From assembly GCF_006345805.1 (NCBI RefSeq), contig NW_021827316.1, positions 1 through 10,801 of the forward strand: a stretch of 10,801 nucleotides of DNA, written 5' to 3'. The notes beneath the pieces are model-generated. The model had not been told where the DNA came from. It did no database searches and worked only from the letters and a program-made list of their open reading frames with translations. The DNA is from Octopus sinensis (taxonomy: Eukaryota). Made by a program: the position numbers and the translations under genes. Shown one piece after another: positions 8,690-10,801 of this stretch. Within the stretch, counting starts at the first letter, position 1. Each line of letters starts with the position of its first letter.

Positions 8690-8945
8690 CACCCAAGCAA
8701 TGACAACACTAACCAGAACACCATACCAGAAACGACATTAACCAGATCCTCATGCAAGCAAAAACATACAGACCACCATACCATATATCAACAACAACAT
8801 CCTCGTACCGACCACAACAACATTATGAAGAATACTAGACCACCATGTCTACAGTGACAACTGCTATACCAATAATAACAATATCCAAGACCCCATACCA
8901 ATATTAACATTATCACCATCATTAGTACTACGTACCACATTCCAT
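8690..8945. repeat. Decayed A/C-rich trinucleotide (ACC/AAC/ATC) low-complexity tract
   Basis: Strong A+C skew, with scattered AACAAC, ACCACC, ACCATACC and ACCAGA motifs and stops in the frames I tried. Confidence 0.7.
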
Positions 8946-9133
8946 TGAGTTGGTGGATCAAGTTCGAAAATACTTCTACACATGTATGTGGAGACCTGGA
9001 TAAAAAAAAATTAAAGAAAACCTGCAGTTGTACGTATGTCTCTCCTCTCTACCCCACTGTATTTATCTAATAGAAAGGCCTTTGTTAAGAGATGATATAA
9101 CTAGGCCCCCGTGGCTTGAACGCAATGGATGGA

Positions 9134-9521
9134 ATTTTTGGAAGCACTCCGTCGGTTACGACGACGAGGGTTCCGGTTGATCCGAATCAACGGAACAGCC
9201 TGCTCGTGAAATTAACGTGTAAGTGGCTGAGAACTCCACAGACACGTGTACCCTTAACGTAGTTCTCGGGGATATTCAGCGTGACACAGAGAGTGACAAA
9301 GCCGGCCCTTTGAAGTACAGGTACAACAGAAACAGGAAGTAAGAGTGAGAGAAAGTTGTGGTGAAAGAGTACAGCAGGGATCACCACCATCCCCTGCCGG
9401 AGCCTCGTGGAGCTTTTAGGTGTCGTCGCTCAATAAACACTCACAACGCCCGGTCTGGGAATCGAAACCGCGATCCTATGGTCGCGAGTCCGCTGCCCTA
9501 ACCACTGGGCCATTGCGCCTC
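9134..9521 (-). mobile_element. tRNA-headed SINE, family C, full length (388 bp)
   Basis: Minus strand has A box TGGCCCAGTGG (9502-9512), B box GGTTTCGATTCC (9458-9469) and a tRNA-like head, then ~300 bp of unique body. A perfect 13-bp TSD, CGCAATGGATGGA, lies at 9121-9133 and 9522-9534. Confidence 0.9.
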
Positions 9522-9600
9522 CGCAATGGATGGAGCAGATGCTGATAGACATCATGCCCAACAATCCAACACTTCCTTCACATCCAACTTCTCCGATTAG

Positions 9601-9672
9601 TATTTGTTTTATCGAACCATTATTATGAGAAGCAGAGTTGACGTCCGTAGGATTTGAACTTAAAATGCAAAG
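9601..9672 (-). mobile_element. Degenerate family A core and B-box relic
   Basis: TTTTATCGA..ATGAGAAGCAGAGTTGACGTCCGTAGGATTTGAACTTAAAATGC is colinear with TTTATCGACCCCGAAAGGATGAAAGGCAAAGTCGACCTCGGCGGAATTTGAACTCAGAACGT. Confidence 0.55.
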
Positions 9673-9921
9673 AATCATCGTTACACAGTCTATGGAACAC
9701 TTTGTTTAATAAATCTGCTTACATCGTTGCAGCGTATCACAATATGTTTGTACAGTGTATAAGACAATACCTTAGTACAATAGGTGGAATAAACATCGGA
9801 GATGTTTGGCCCCACATAGAAACAGCAGGAATTACTCAGAAGTATACTTTTAAAGCTATCGCAATATCGCCGACTCTTTTGTTGATGGCTTGTCTGGTCA
9901 ATTCACTATACTTTTCTTTCG

Positions 9922-10322
9922 AAGGCAGCGAGCTGGCAGAAACGTTAGCACGCCGTGTGACATGCTTTGCGTTATTGCGTCTGTCTTTGCGTTCCGAGTT
10001 CAAATTCCGCCGAATTCGACTTTGTCTTTCATCCTTTCGGGGTCGATAAATTAAGTACCAGTTACGCACTGGGGTCGATGTAATCGACTTAATACCTATG
10101 TCTGTCCTTGTCTGTCCCCTCTGTGTTTAGCCCCTTGTGGGTAATAAAGAAATAGGTATTGCGTCTGTCTTTGCGTTCTGAGTTCAAATTCCGCCGAATT
10201 CGACTTTGTCTTTCATCTTTTCGGTGTCGATAAATTAAGTACAAGTTGCGTACTGGGGTCCATCTAATCGACTTGCTCCTTCCCCCAAAATTTCTAGCCT
10301 TGTGCTTAGAGTAGAAAAGAAT
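9922..10322 (+). mobile_element. Family A SINE dimer (unit 1 9922-10155 tail 1; shortened unit 2 10156-10322 tail 2)
   Basis: Junction AAGAAATAG|GTATTGCGTCTG and a 184-bp period (GAATTC at 10012 and 10196). No clear TSD found. Confidence 0.92.
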
Positions 10323-10712
10323 CTTTACCGCGCCGGGCGCAGTATTTCGGTCGTCTCTACTTTGCTTTTCGTCCTTTCGGTGTCGATAAAATAAATACCT
10401 ATTTCTTTACTACCCACAAGGGGCTAAACACAGAGAGAACAGACAAACAGATTAAGTCGATTATATCGACCCCAGTGCGTAACTGGTACTTATTTAACCG
10501 ACCTCGGAAGGATGAAAGGCAAAGTCGACCTCGGCGGAATTTGAACTCAGAACGTAGTAACGGCAGACGAAATACTGCTAAGTATTTCGCCCGGCGTGCT
10601 GACGGTTCTGCCAGCTCGCCACCTTATAAAATAAATACCAGTTGAAATTTGGGGTCGATGTAATCGACTCACCCCATCCCACGAAATTGAGTCAAAACTC
10701 GAAAGATTAATT
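10319..10712 (+). mobile_element. Internally deleted family A unit (tail 2-like), split by an antisense family A insertion
   Basis: Left half AGAATCTTTACCGCGCCGGGCG..CTTTCGGTGTCGATAAAATAAATAC (to 10399) continues at 10640 as AGTTGAAATTTGGGGTCGATGTAATCGACTCACCCC...GAAAGATTAATT. Confidence 0.75.
10400..10625 (-). mobile_element. Family A SINE monomer (tail 1) nested antisense in another family A unit
   Basis: Full head to tail 1 on the minus strand. A perfect 14-bp TSD, ATAAAATAAATACC, lies at 10386-10399 and 10626-10639. Confidence 0.95.
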
Positions 10713-10721
10713 TCACTTTCT

Positions 10722-10801
10722 GAGGTGGAAACCTGGCAGAATCCTTACCGCACCGGGCGAAATGCTTTGCAGCATTTCGTCTGTCTTTACCTTGTTTTCT
10801 T
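10722..10801 (+). mobile_element. Diverged family A head, incomplete at the window edge
   Basis: GAGGTGGAAACCTGGCAGAATCCTTACCGCACCGGGCGAAATGCTTTGCAGCATTTCGTCTGTCTTTAC matches head positions ~1-65. Confidence 0.75.

Noticed and set aside
9440-9521. Possible functional tRNA gene
   Set aside because: The A and B boxes are present, but I could not form a proper acceptor or anticodon stem. It runs into a 300-bp body flanked by a TSD, so it is a SINE head.
282-10069. Similar ORFs MRNWYLIYRPRKDERQSR... (282-500, 3988-4170, 7324-7512, 9836-10069) and ..GGELAETLARR.. looking like a gene family
   Set aside because: They are translations of family A SINE sense and antisense strands, with variable frames and ends.

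Overview
AT-rich eukaryotic non-coding DNA made mostly of repeats. The repeat families match, from memory, those of coleoid cephalopod (Octopus-like) genomes; this was not database-checked. I find no intact host protein-coding gene, and most ORFs in the track come from SINEs, microsatellites or antisense LINE frames. Supported content: (1) about 12 units of one tRNA-headed SINE family ('family A', with a Meta/MESC-like core), as monomers, fixed-junction dimers and a nested antisense insertion; (2) two copies of a CORE-like SINE ('family B') and one ~390-bp tRNA-headed SINE with a 13-bp TSD ('family C'); (3) two decayed 3' fragments of RLE-type (R4/Dong-like) non-LTR retrotransposons; (4) a 392-bp non-autonomous Helitron; (5) a near full-length U6 snRNA pseudogene, which the ORF track does not show, joined head-to-tail to a SINE dimer; (6) an 84-bp higher-order minisatellite built from a LINE stop codon and 3'UTR. 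The most interesting signals are the U6-SINE junction, the recurrent SINE dimerisation at one junction with GGTATT-like target sites, and the LINE-derived higher-order repeat.
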